A stretch of 64,000 nt of DNA, taken from Opitutales bacterium (GTDB lineage: Bacteria > Verrucomicrobiota > Verrucomicrobiia > Opitutales > UBA2987). The stretch covers positions 1 through 64,000 of the forward strand of contig CBDDEL010000016.1 of assembly GCA_965226885.1 (NCBI GenBank). Reading direction: 5' to 3'. Under the pieces are notes generated by a model that ran no database searches, was not told where the DNA came from, and saw nothing but the letters and a program-made list of their open reading frames with translations. Below, one piece after another: positions 11,918-24,206 of the stretch. Position 1 is the stretch's first letter. The number at the start of each line of letters is the position of its first letter. The position numbers and the translations under genes were made by a program.

Positions 11918-14900
11918 CTAAAAGCCTCACTAAAAATAATCTTCTATCTGACCGAGGATACTTATTTGAAAAATCCAAATATATCTTCCTCGACCCACTC
12001 CAAACTGCACTGGCATTCATTGCTATTCTTTCTTTTAAAAGAGGATGAACATTAACCAGAGCCTCGCAAACATTGGGGACTTTCTTTAAATTATATTTTT
12101 CTAACAAAGAAAAATAAAAGTAAGCATCTGTAAACGCCGGGGAAAAACCGGTACGGTAAAGAGGGCGCTTTAAAACCGGTACGCTTATCCTAGAAAGGAG
12201 GAGTGTATCGAGATATGAAGCAATGGACAAGAGTGCGGCACAAAGTGCTGCGGGACAAGCAGAGCAAGCGCTCTGTAATGCGAGAAGAGGGACTGCACTG
12301 GGAGACCCTGGGAAAGATGCTGGCCTATTCCCAGCCGCCGGGATACCGGCGCAAGAAGAGGCGAGAGCGCAAGATCGATCCGTATGTGGGCTGGATCGAG
12401 GAGGTGCTCAAAGCGGACCGGAACGTGCCCAAGAAGCAGCGCCATACGGCCAAACGGATCTACCAGCGTTTGGGTCGGGAGAAGGGCTACCAAGGGGGCT
12501 ACACGGCGGTCAAGGAGGTGGTGGCCGAGCTGCGAGCGAGGCGGCGGGAAGTGTTCGTGCCGCTGGAGCACCGCCCCGGGGAGGGACAGGTGGACTTCGG
12601 TCATGCCCTGGTGAAGGAGGCGGGGCAATTGCGTAGGCGGCCATTTTTTGCCATGAGCCTGCCCTACAGCGATGCCTTTTTCGTGCAGGTGTTCGAACGG
12701 GAGTGCACGGAGAGCTTCTGGGAGGGGCACCTGCGAGCTTTTGAGTTTTTCGGGGCGGTGCCCCGGCGCATCAGCTATGACAACTCGAAGGTGGCGGTGG
12801 GTAAGATTATCGGTTCGCGTGAACGCAAGCTGACCGACGGGTTTCTGCAGCTACAGAGCCATTACCTGTTCGAGGAACACTTCTGTCTGCCCGCCCGGCC
12901 CAACGCGAAGGGCGTGGTCGAGGGGATCGTGCGTTATGCCCGGGCCAACTTCCTGGTACCGGTACCGCAGGTTCGGGACCTGGAGGAACTCAACGCAAAG
13001 CTGTTGGAGGCATGTGAGCGGGACATGGAGCGTAAATTACGCGGGAAAAGGGCGGTGAAAAAGGAACTGCTGGCCGAGGAGCGCGCCGTCATGCTGGCGT
13101 TGCCGCCCATACCCTTTGAAGCGAGCCGCAAACGCTCGACCTGCGTCAGCAGCCTCTCGCTGGTGCGCTTCGAGTGCAACGACTATTCGGTGCCGGTGCG
13201 CTGCGCCCACCATCCGGTGGTGGTGGAAGGGTCCTGTCGGCAGGTGGTGATCTTCTGTGGGGGCCAAGAGGTGGCCCGGCACCGCCGCATTTGGGATAAA
13301 GAGCAAGTCTCTTTCGAGCCGGTGCACTACCTGGCTTTGCTGGAGAAAAAACCGGGCGCTTTGGACTTCGCCCGCCCACTCTCGGGCTGGCAGTTGCCGC
13401 AGTGCCTGCAGGTCCTCAGACGCCGGCTCGAAAGCCAATGCGGGGGCGAAGGCACCCGGGAGTATATCCGGGTGCTGCGGCTGTTGGAGAAACACCCCAT
13501 GGCGGCCTTGCAGCAGGCCGTCGTCTCGGCCCTGCGGGTGGGGGGACTGACTCGTGAGGCCATCGCCCAGTATCTCTATCCTCAGGAAGACTACGGGAGC
13601 AGAACCTTCCGGCTGGGGACGGCCATCCACACCTGCGTCACGTCCGTGTGGCCGCCCCTGACCTCGGTGCCTACAGCGAACTGCTCAAGATTCCAGGAGG
13701 GGCTTTATGAAGGAAGAAAAAAACCAGCTGCTGTTACACCATCACCTCAAGAAACTGAAGTTGCCCACCATCCTGCGCGAATGGCCGGCGGTGGCCGCGG
13801 CTTGTTCCCGGGACCGGCTCGATTACGCCGCCTTTTTGTTGCATCTGGTCGAACGGGAGCTCATTGAACGCGAACAGCGGGCCGCCCAGCGGCGGATCAA
13901 AAACGCCCGTTTCCCCGTGCTCAAGACCCTCGAGAGCTTCGCCTTTGAAGCGCAGCCCTCGATCAACGAAGCGCTCATCCGAGAGCTCATGCGCGGGGAG
14001 TATGTCGACCAGCGCGAAAACGTGCTGCTCCTCGGTAACGCCGGTACCGGTAAAACGCACCTGGCCACCGCCCTGGGCTTTGCCGCCTGTGCCCAGGGCC
14101 GGCGGATCCGTTTCTTCGGGGTCACCGCCCTGGTTACCCATATGCTCGAGCAACGCGACAACCACGACCTGCAGCGCTTCATGAAGCAACTCGAAAGGCT
14201 CGACCTACTCATCCTCGACGAACTCGGTTACGTCCCTTTTTCCAAGACCGGTTCCGAACTGCTCTTCGACGTGGTCAGCCGCGCTTACGAGCGCACCAGT
14301 CTCATCGTCACCACCAACCTGCCCTTTGAGAACTGGATCGAAGTGCTCGGTTCCGAACGGCTCACCGGAGCTCTGCTGGACCGACTCACCCATCGGGTGC
14401 ATATCCTCGAAGCCAACGGGCAAAGCTACCGCTTGCGCGATGCTCGACGCCGTCGCCGTGGCACAAAACAATAAACGCCTTGGGCCCGGCTCGTCGGCCT
14501 CCGGCCTCCTCACCGACCCCAAGCCAATCCCCAAAACCAACTCCCAAACCCTAAACCTTGACGTACCTGCAATTACTAACCTAAACCTTATTCCAAGCGT
14601 ACCGGTTTTACCCCGACCCCCGTACCGGTTTCATCCCGGCGTTTACAAGCATCCTCATTCGCATGAAGCTCTTCATTAAATCTTATATGATCATTATTTA
14701 AATGAAAAAAAGTAGGCGTCGCGAAATATACATTAAGCAATAGCTCCGATCCCGAAAATATATATTTATCTATCTGCTTTCTTCGAGTTCTCCAACCTAA
14801 ATGATAGATTAAACCACAAAGTACAAGCGGCGATTGAGTTTTTTCAGCCAACTCCCATTGTCTCAGCAGTTTATTCGGCAAATAAGAATCGTCGTCATCA

Positions 14901-15172
14901 AGATAAGTAATGTATTTTCCACTAGCAAATCGAAGACCAAAGTTACGCGCTGGCGCCGCATTTTTCGGAGAGTTGTGTTCTAAAAGCCGCACCCTAGGAT
15001 CTTCAATTAATTTCATGAGACTACAATCACTTTCAATCCGAATATTTTTTGGATTATCGTCGACAAGAATGATCTCGAAATCGGTAAAGCTCTGCAAAAT
15101 CAAACTATTCAGCGCTCGCGGCAATAGGTCGTGACGTTCCTTTGTTGGAAGAATAATGGAAGCAGCTGGCAA
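11918..15172 (-). pseudogene. GT2 family glycosyltransferase split by IS21 and truncated by IS1380
   Basis: SIILPT..R, EIILVDD, ARNFGL, YLDDDD motifs. The frame NEDA|YFYF rejoins across the IS21 TSD AGCATC. Confidence 0.88.
12129..14647 (+). mobile_element. IS21-family element (istA frameshifted near its 3' end; istB 13707-14474 intact)
   Basis: TGTAAACGCCGGG termini with internal AAAACCGGTACG repeats. 6-bp TSD AGCATC. IstB Walker A GNAGTGKT and Walker B LILDE. Confidence 0.95.
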
Positions 15173-15189
15173 AATAATATATATTATCT

Positions 15190-16520
15190 CACTAGTGTCC
15201 AGTTAAAAGCCCTTGAGCATCAACTGGTTGTGTAATGCTAAGTTTGGCTTTCTTGTTTCGAACTTTGCAAGTAGTTGATATACAGGATCTTTTTGAAAGA
15301 CGTTCACACTCAAAACTTGCAGAATCCGACTCAGACTTTCAGTGACTCCATGCACTTTTTTCAAACAGGCGACCATGAGATAAACGCATATGGCTACCCA
15401 AATTTGGGTCTTCACGGCGTTTTCGGTGGTGCCGTAGAAAGCCTTGATGCGGAGGTTTTGCTTGATCCACTTAAAGAACAGCTCAATGCGCCAGCAGAAC
15501 AGCTCAATGCGCCAGCGGCTTTTGTAAATGGCCGCGATAGTCAAGGCGGGCAAGGTGAAGTTGTTGGTGAGGAAGACCAGCCTCTGGCCAGTTGCGCCAT
15601 CGCGGTAGCGAATGCGCCGGAGCTTGCCGGGGTATTGGCTTTTGCTTTTGGCGACTTTCAATCCGATGATCTGGTCGCAACTGATTCCGCTGGATCGGTC
15701 CACGGGTTGGGAAGCACTAACGTAAAAACTCATATTGCTTTTGGCGCGGGTGACGAAGAAGGCAGCAGCCAAATGGATGCGAAAGAGCCGCTGAAAATCG
15801 ACGTAACCACGATCCATTACGTAAATGCTTGCGGGTTCAAAAGCCAGTTCATCAAGGATGTTCACGTCATGCACGCTTGCGTCTGTAATACTGATGAATA
15901 TAGGGATGGAGCCACGCAAGTCCATCATCGTATGCAGTTTGATGGCCGCCTTGGTGCGGCGAAATGTTGCCCACGAAAACAACGACAGGCACAGGTCTAT
16001 GGTCGAGGCATCCAGGGCATAAACCATCTCGTCTACATTCAATCCAATCGCGTCTTGGGCATACAAACGGCGCGCCTTGGCGATGAGCACTTGAGCCAAT
16101 GCTTCGTAAAGGCGCCAGTTGCGATGCTCGTTGGCGTAGGCCAAGTTCGTGCGTGTCACATTGCCCCGGATTCCCATCGCATACAAGTGAGGACTTCCCC
16201 GCAGACACGCCTCGATGTCACGCAAACTCTCACGGAATGTCATTTGCGCAAAGGCCATGCTCAAGAACTGATCACGGGCACTGAAACTACGACTGGTTCT
16301 TGGCATGGGATAAAGACTAACGCAGCGTTCGAACTGTTCGCGATGGAGCAAATCCATCGCCTGCGTGAATGCAAGGCGGCCTTCGTTCATGCTGCCCAGT
16401 CTCAAAAAGGGTGCGGAAAGCGCCAGCTAACTTCAAATGCGTCACATCCATGTGGCTACTCAACAAACACATCATCAACGAAATACGACTTTAGACTGGC
16501 CGCTTAACTGGACACTAGTG
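15190..16520 (-). mobile_element. IS4-family element (transposase 15203-16405)
   Basis: Perfect 17-bp IR CACTAGTGTCCAGTTAA. 9-bp TSD ATATTATCT. Motifs LDAST, MDRGY, YKSRWRIE. Confidence 0.93.
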
Positions 16521-16698
16521 ATATTATCTGTTAAATTTTTATTTAAAAAACTCTAACTCTTATTTTGTATAATATATTATCAGTTTCATGTCAAACATAA
16601 TTGGGGCATTTATAATTCAATACTTTTCGAACTTTTATTAATCGACGTGCAAATTAAAGCTTTAATTCAATACCAAGGTTAAAAAGGGAGGTATTTTT

Positions 16699-16980
16699 TT
16701 GCAAAATCCAAGTTTCTTTATCGTGGGGTCACCCAAATCTGGGACAACAGCAATGTATTGCTATTTAAAAAGCCATCCAGATATTTTCATGCCTCCTTAT
16801 AACAAAGAACCTCACTACTTTGCAACTGACCTTCACCACTACGAAGGGGTTAAGCAACCACATATTGGATAACCGATTTAAACTCATATCTTGATCTTTA
16901 CATTAAAACGATACCTGCGCAAGTTACGGGAGAAGCCTCCGTATATTATCTTTTTTCAGATAGAGCAGCTAAAGAAATTT
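16699..16980 (+). pseudogene. Sulfotransferase 5' fragment, frameshifted and truncated by IS1
   Basis: Hand translation from TTG 16699 (GGGAGG upstream) gives FFIVGSPKSGTTAMY..L..HPDIF..KEPHYF (PAPS-binding loop). A second frame gives GEASVYYL..S..AAKEI. Not in the ORF track. Confidence 0.8.
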
Positions 16981-18630
16981 GGTAGTGTATAAAAAAAGAA
17001 TGTTATTTTGTATTTTTAGCTGTACACATAGCGTTAGGCAGTTTATTTTTAGTGCATGGTTACTAAAATTATTAATTGTCGGCACTGTGGAAGTGAAAAT
17101 ATCATTAAATTTGGCAAGACGCCCAACCATAAACAGCGCTACCGCTGCCATGATTGTGGTAAACAAAGCCGCGAAAACCCCACAGTGAAATACACCGAAG
17201 AGCAAAAAGAAATGGGTAGTGTTAACATGACATAAATGGGTAGTGTTAACATGACATGGGTAGTGTTAACATGACGAATGTTTGATATTGCTGTTGTATT
17301 CCCAGATGAACAAGCACAGGACGCGAAAATGCATGACCAAAGACTTCGAGAATGACAGCGTTTTACGCACATAGCGTGACAGGGACTGTCGCAAGGTATT
17401 GTTCCAGCGTTCGATATGGGCGGTTTGGCCGGATTGTTTCCCGCTGGCGCTGTTGTGAGGGAAAACCTTGTCGTAGCTTTCCCAGTAATCGCTTACGGTG
17501 GCACAGTCGCGATAGGGCTGGGCGATGTTGTGATACAACTGCCAGCACGTTTGATCGCTACGATCACCCAGAGAAAACCCGACGACCTGTCGGGTACGTC
17601 GACACAAGGCTACCCATAGCCATACCTGCCCCGAACGCTTATCGCCCCAGAATGACCACACCTCGTCCAGTTCCAGCACATCACTACACTGGCGGGCAAG
17701 CAGAGTGGACTCCAGCTTCGGCAAACTCAGGACTTTTTTTTAATCCATTCGATGACCGTCTTTGGGGCTACCCCGAAGGTACGGTAAATGGCACGCAGGC
17801 TCATCCGGTTTTGGTGCGCACGGAGCACCTGCTTGACCAGCGCCGGAGGATGCTCACGACTTTTGGGGTGAAGCCGAAACTGATAACCACACCCCTTGCA
17901 TCGATACTTCTGAACCCCTTTCGGATCCTTGCCGTGCTTGATGATGTGATCGCTTCCGCATTGAGGACATTTTACTGTGATATGGACCATTCCCAGTTCA
18001 CAACATAATCACGCTAAAAAGTACAGCTTAAACATTCAAAATGTTAACACTACCCAGGAACGCAGCAGTCTACGCGGTTTACAGCGCGCCTTCGGGGTGA
18101 GTCCCAACACCGTTTTGAGTTGGTTAAAAAAAACGACAATCGCTGCGACCGCTCAAAAGCACGATTCTTGCGGCCCGCCGCCATGATGTCATTGAACTGG
18201 ACGAACTGTGGTCTTTTGTGGGGCGCAAGAGCGATGCCCAATGGGTTTGGATCGCTCTTTGCCGACGCACCCGTCAAATCCTCTCCTATGCCATTGGGCC
18301 TCGGGATTGGTATCCATTGGGCCTCGGGATTGGTATCGTTGCCGGGAACTTTACGAGCGTCTGCCACGGGCCTACAAAAGATGTGCCACCTACAGCGACT
18401 TTTGGAGCACTTATGATGAAGTCTTTCCTCATAACCGATCCGTGGGAAAAGAAACCGGTGAAACGGCCCATGTGGAACGATGGAACAATACCCTGCGCCA
18501 ACGACTGGGTCGTTTCACACGCAAAACCCTCTCCTTTTCCAAGCTTAAGAGTATGCATGAAACCTGTCTGAGACTTTTCATTCATCAATATAATCAAGAA
18601 TTAGCCACCATTCCTACTTAATACACTACC
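16981..18630 (+). mobile_element. IS1 type a interrupted by IS1 type b
   Basis: Termini at 16981 and 18630. 15 bp missing at the junction. 23-bp duplication in insB. Confidence 0.92.
17215..18054 (-). mobile_element. IS1-family element type b with triplicated right end
   Basis: GGTAGTGTTAACA termini. InsA (CPQC..CKGC) at 17727-17990, InsB at 17266-17724. Confidence 0.92.
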
Positions 18631-19135
18631 AGGAGCCCATGAACTGTTCGACCAACAGCTCGTTTACCGCAAAGGCCGCCCGCCGATCCTGCCCGTTTTC
18701 AAAACGACACAAAGTCGGCGCGCTGGCCAACGTTTCAATGCGCCCCGTTACCGTTTGCAACAATGGATCGTGGCGCAGGGTATCAAAGTCGTTCAAATCC
18801 TCATAGCCCGCCACCAGCCCGTAAACGCGCTGCCGCAGCATCCCCAATACCTCATGGCGTACTTTGCCCTTCTGCCGTTTGTCCACTAACTGTCGGGCCG
18901 CTCGTTCGGTCAAGCCCAACTGCCGATCCACTTCCCGGATCAAAAGCAGTCCGGCATCCGAAGTAACCTCTCCGCCCTTGAAATCAACCCGCACACGGCG
19001 GCCTTTTACCCTTGTCAACTGTAGCTTTAATTGTTTACCTTTTGTCATCGCTGATATTGCTTTAATTATTGATCTATCCTGCTGTATATCAGCAGTTAAG
19101 CATATCAACGATACTTTTTTTACGAAATATCCGGG
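18631..19135 (-). mobile_element. IS1380 5' fragment
   Basis: Left IR ends at 19135. Truncated by IS1. Confidence 0.9.
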
Positions 19136-19209
19136 CTAAAGCGTCTTCTTCCCATGCTTCGATTCTCCATTTAGGAGAATCTCGTGTCCACTTTTTCCAG
19201 TGCACATCA
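19136..19209 (-). mobile_element. IS3 type A left-end remnant, cut by IS1380 at CTAA
   Basis: Matches the IS3 type A left IR and orfA start. Confidence 0.85.
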
Positions 19210-20294
19210 TTTTAACCCCATCCGTTTTACCAGCCTCAAAATCGGGTAGTGTTAACATGACGAATGTTTGATATTGCTGTTGTATTCCCAGATGAACAAG
19301 CACAGGACACGAAAATGCATGACCAAAGATTTGGAGAATGACAGCGTTTTGCGCACATAGCGTGACAGAGACTGTCGCAAGGTATTGTTCCAGCGTTCGA
19401 TATGGGCGGTTTGACCGGATTGTTTCCCGCTGGCGCTGTTGTGAGGGAAAACCTTGTCATAGCTCTCCCAGAAATCGCTTACGGTGGCACAGTTGCGATA
19501 CGGTTGGGCGATGTTGTGATTCAACTGCCAGCACGTTTGATCGCTACGATCACCCAGGGCAAAGCCGACGACCTGTCGGGTACGTCGGCACAAGGCTACC
19601 CATAGCCATACCTACCCCGAACGCTTATCGCCCCAGAATGACCACACCTCGTCCAGCTCCAGCACATCATTACACTGGCGAGCAAGCAGGGTGGATTCCA
19701 GCTTCGGCAAACTCAGGACTTTTTTCTAATCCATTCAATGACCGTCTTTGGGGCTACCCCGAAGGTACGGTAAATGGCACGCAGGCTCATCCGGTTTTGG
19801 TGCGCACGGAGCACTTGCTCGACCAATGCCGGGGGATGCTCACGACTTTTAGGGTGAAGCCGAAACTGATAACCACACCTCTTGCATCGATACTTCTGAA
19901 CCCCTTTCGGATCCTTGCCGTGCTTGATGATGTGATCGCTTCCGCATTGAGGACATTTTACTGTGATATGGACCATTCCGAGTTTACAGCATAATCACGC
20001 TAAAAAGTACAGCTTAAACATTCAAAATGTTAACACTACCCAAAATCGGGATGGGCTCTTTCCTTTTCAGGTAGGTATTTTTGGAGCAAGGATACGGTCA
20101 ACTGGCACAATCCCAGGACTATCAAAAAGATGAGAAACCCGAACCATCCATGAACTATGGAACCGGCTTTTTGGCCAAACCACTCGGCCGCCAAAATAAT
20201 AGCAAAAATGCGCAATACATTGCCAATGAAGGCATAAGGAAAGGCTAGAATCAAAATTAACCCTCGCCGCCAAAATTCATGAAAACTCAGGTAG
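19210..20294 (-). pseudogene. Exosortase middle fragment (inverted), split by IS1 type b
   Basis: GNVLRI and H..FG motifs carry the exosortase Arg and His catalytic residues. Continues the fragment that ends at 24206. Confidence 0.85.
19245..20040 (-). mobile_element. IS1 type b, diverged isoform (796 bp)
   Basis: Termini plus 8-bp TSD CAAAATCG. Many substitutions relative to the copies at 17215 and 38033. Confidence 0.93.
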
Positions 20295-21622
20295 TGATGT
20301 GCACTGGAAAAAGTGGACACGAGATTCTCCTAAATGGAGAATCGAAGCATGGGAAGAAGACGCTTTAGTATAGAGTTCAAAAATGAGGCAGTTCAACTGA
20401 TGATACTCGATGGTCTGAGCGCCACCGAGGTATCGACCAAACTTGGGGTCAACACCAACCAATTGTATAGGTGGAAGAGGCTCTATCTGGACGATCAGCA
20501 GGGCGAAGCCACCTCAAAGCGACAGAGCAGTCCGAAGGAGATGGCGGCCGAGATAGATCGTCTTCGCAAAGAGCTGCGCCGCTCGGAGCGGATCAACCAG
20601 ATACTAAAAAAAACGGTGGGCTACTTTGCCAAGGACGAACAATGAAGTACCAGTTTGTCAAAGACAACGAGGGGCGCTTCAAGATCGAGGAAATATGCTC
20701 GGCGATGGGGATTTGTCGCAGTGGCTATTACTGCTGGAGGCCCCGAGCGCCCTCGGCCCGGCGGATCGAGGACGAGGGAATCAAGGGGGCGATCCTGAAG
20801 GTACACAAAGAGGCCAAGGGCCGCTATGGGCATCGGCCAATGCACCGCCATCTGAAGGATGATGAGGGCATCGATTGCGGCCGTGACCGGGCTCTGCGTC
20901 TGATGCGTGAAATGGGAATCAAAAGCACCCAGAGTAAACGCTTTAAGCCATTAAAAACCAACAGTAACCATCCCTATGGTTACAGCCCCAATGTGCTTAA
21001 AAAGCATGGCCAGCCGACCCATATCGACGAGGTCTGGGTGGCGGACACGACCTACCTACGGACCCTGGCCGGTTGGATGTACTTGGCCACGGTGATGGAC
21101 CTGTTCAGCCGACGCCTGCTGGGCTGGAGCGTTTCCAACCACAACGACGCGAAGCTGGTTGGCAAGGCCCTCAAAGCCGCGGCCATGACCCGCGGCACAC
21201 TGCGCACCGGGATTATTCATCACAGCGATCGGGGCAGCCCCTACGCCAGCGACGACTATCAGAGGCTGGTCTCTGAACTAGGCATGAAGCCGAGCATGAG
21301 CGCCCAAGGCAACTGCTACGACAACGCGGCCATGGAATCGTTCTACGGCCGCTTCAAGACCAGCACGATTCGAGGCCGCCACTTTGCCGACGAGCGCGAA
21401 CTGCGATCAACTGTCTTCGAATACGTGGAAATCTTCTACAACCGATATCGCAAACATTCCTCTCTGAGTTACCAAAGCCCAGTCCAATTCGAGGAAAATA
21501 TTTGCCCCCCATGGGGGGCAACGAGAAAACAAAACCCTTTACCAAAACAAGCCGCCTGACACACTAATCAATAAACAATGAATATAAGAGAATCCCGTGT
21601 CCAACAAATCCAGTACACGTCA
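20295..21622 (+). mobile_element. IS3 type A (1328 bp)
   Basis: Complete IRs, orfA 20334-20645, orfB ending 21559. Confidence 0.95.
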
Positions 21623-21897
21623 AAACCGCGTAGACTGCTGCGTTCCTGATAGACTCGAAGGATCATTTCTTTTTGCTCTTCGGTGTATTTCACTGTGGGG
21701 TTTTCGCGGCTTTGTTTACCACAATCATGGCAGCGGTAGCGCTGTTTATGGTTGGGCGTCTTGCCAAATTTAATGATATTTTCACTTCCACAGTGCCGAC
21801 AATTAATAATTTTAGTAACCATGCACTAAGAATAAACTGCCTAACGCTATTAGTACAGCTAAAAATACAAAATAACATTCTTTTTTTATACACTACC
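21623..21897 (-). mobile_element. IS1 type a left fragment
   Basis: insA 5' part plus left IR. Truncated by IS3. Confidence 0.9.
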
Positions 21898-22099
21898 AAA
21901 AAAAGTATATTAATGAGAAACATTTTTTAAGCTGAAACCGACCTATTTCCCCAATATCTTCGGAAAATTTGAAATTGATATGGATGACTTCAATTTCCCG
22001 TTCCAACCCCGGCTCCGTAAGGCTGTCCAAAAAAAGTTGCACCATTGCGCTTTGACCGTGCATGGGCGGAGGGGTTTGAGCCATAACCAGGATTTTCAT
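21898..22099 (-). pseudogene. GT4-type glycosyltransferase, N-terminal fragment
   Basis: MKILVMAQTPPPMHGQS is a typical GT4 start. Truncated by IS1. Confidence 0.72.
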
Positions 22100-22219
22100 A
22101 AACTCCCTGCCTGAAAACTAAAGACCAAGATAAGATTGAAAAGGAAAAGGTTGTCAGTAAAGGTGAAAGAATTGTCTTTCGCCAATTAGCTTCAGGCATT
22201 TCAATTCATTTTCTTCGTT

Positions 22220-24206
22220 ATGAACAATCTTCAAAAAGAGCGGATTCATAAATATTTTCCTGGGTTCATGGTCGTTCTTTGCGGGTTTGTTCTATTTCAG
22301 TTTTTTGGCAATTCGACAAGAGGGTTTTTGGAAACCCGTTCCATGTTTCATTGGTGGGTCGCGGATTGGTTTAATTTTGAGGGCGAAACTACCCACGGTC
22401 CTTTGATTTTGATTCTTTCGGGTTGGATCCTATGGCAGAACCTTAAAATTGCAATACCCGCAAGCAATCAGCCGCGCTTTATGCTTGGCCTGGTCCTGGT
22501 TTTGGGGGTTTTGATGTGCACTGGAAAAAGTGGACACGAGATTCTCCTAAATGGAGAATCGAAGCATGGGAAGAAGACGCAGTATAGAGTTCAAAAATGA
22601 GGCAGTTCAACTGATGATACTCGATGGTCTGAGCGCCACCGAGGTATCGACCAAACTTGGGGTCAACACCAACCAATTGTATAGGTGGAAGAGGCTCTAT
22701 CTGGACGATCAGCAGGGCGAAGCCACCTCAAAGCGACAGAGCAGTCCGAAGGAGATGGCGGCCGAGATAGATCGTCTTCGCAAAGAGCTGCGCCGCTCGG
22801 AGCGGATCAACCAGATACTAAAAAAAACGGTGGGCTACTTTGCCAAGGACGAACAATGAAGTACCAGTTTGTCAAAGACAACGAGGGGCGCTTCAAGATC
22901 GAGGAAATATGCTCGGCGATGGGGATTTGTCGCAGTGGCTATTACTGCTGGAGGCACCGAGCGCCCTCGGCCCGGCGGATCGAGGACGAGGGAATCAAGG
23001 GGGCGATCCTGAAGGTACACAAAGAGGCCAAGGGCCGCTATGGGCATCGGCCAATGCACCGCCATCTGAAGGATGATGAGGGCATCGATTGCGGCCGTGA
23101 CCGGGCTCTGCGTCTGATGCGTGAAATGGGAATCAAAAGCACCCAGAGTAAACGCTTTAAGCCATTAAAAACCAACAGTAACCATCCCTATGGTTACAGC
23201 CCCAATGTGCTTAAAAAGCATGGCCAGCCGACCCATATCGACGAGGTCTGGGTGGCGGACACGACCTACCTACGGACCCTGGCCGGTTGGATGTACTTGG
23301 CCACGGTGATGGACCTGTTCAGCCGACGCCTGCTGGGCTGGAGCGTTTCCAACCACAACGACGCGAAGCTGGTTGGCAAGGCCCTCAAAGCCGCGGCCAT
23401 GACCCGCGGCACACTGCGCACCGGGATTATTCATCACAGCGATCGGGGCAGCCCCTACGCCAGCGACGACTATCAGAGGCTGGTCTCTGAACTAGGCATG
23501 AAGCCGAGCATGAGCGCCCAAGGCAACTGCTACGACAACGCGGCCATGGAATCGTTCTACGGCCGCTTCAAGACCAGCACGATTCGAGGCCGCCACTTTG
23601 CCGACGAGCGCGAACTGCGATCAACTGTCTTCGAATACGTGGAAATCTTCTACAACCGATATCGCAAACATTCCTCTCTGAGTTACCAAAGCCCAGTCCA
23701 ATTCGAGGAAAATATTTGCCCCCCATGGGGGGCAACGAGAAAACAAAACCCTTTACCAAAACAAGCCGCCTGACACACTAATCAATAAACAATGAATATA
23801 AGAGAATCCCGTGTCCAACAAATCCAGTACACGTCAGTTTGACGCTGCATTTCATCGGTTATCTGGTGCAGCAAACCCGGTTTTCCATTTTTGGATTTTT
23901 ATTTTTTGTCAATGGGGCAGCCTATATTCTTGGGGGTGAGCGGTAGGGGAAGGCTATTTGCTTTCCCTGTATTTTAATGGTTTTTTCCGTTCACTGGACA
24001 GTCATTACCCATGAGATCGGTTTTGTTTTGCGTCTTTGGGTAATCAAGAATTCTTATTTCCTGGCAAACCTCATGGGGATCGATGTCTTGCGCAGCGGAA
24101 CGCAATTGTTCTCCGCAGACGGTTCCTACCAGTATGATGTGGCTGCTGCTTGTTCGGGCATTCGGTCTCTGGTGGCTCTTTCCTCACTTTCTCTGGTGAT
24201 TGGCTA
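22220..24206 (+). pseudogene. Exosortase N-terminal part (pieces 22220-22511 and 23837-24206)
   Basis: E..HGPLI and the catalytic-Cys motif VAAACSGIRSL. Internal TAG stop near 23944. Confidence 0.88.
22512..23836 (+). mobile_element. IS3 type A (1325 bp)
   Basis: Complete element with 4-bp TSD GTTT. Confidence 0.95.

Noticed and set aside
15275..16507. Long antisense ORF over the IS4 transposase, and other shadow ORFs repeated in IS copies
   Set aside because: Opposite-strand or alternative-frame shadows with no recognisable motifs. They recur only because the IS copies are identical.
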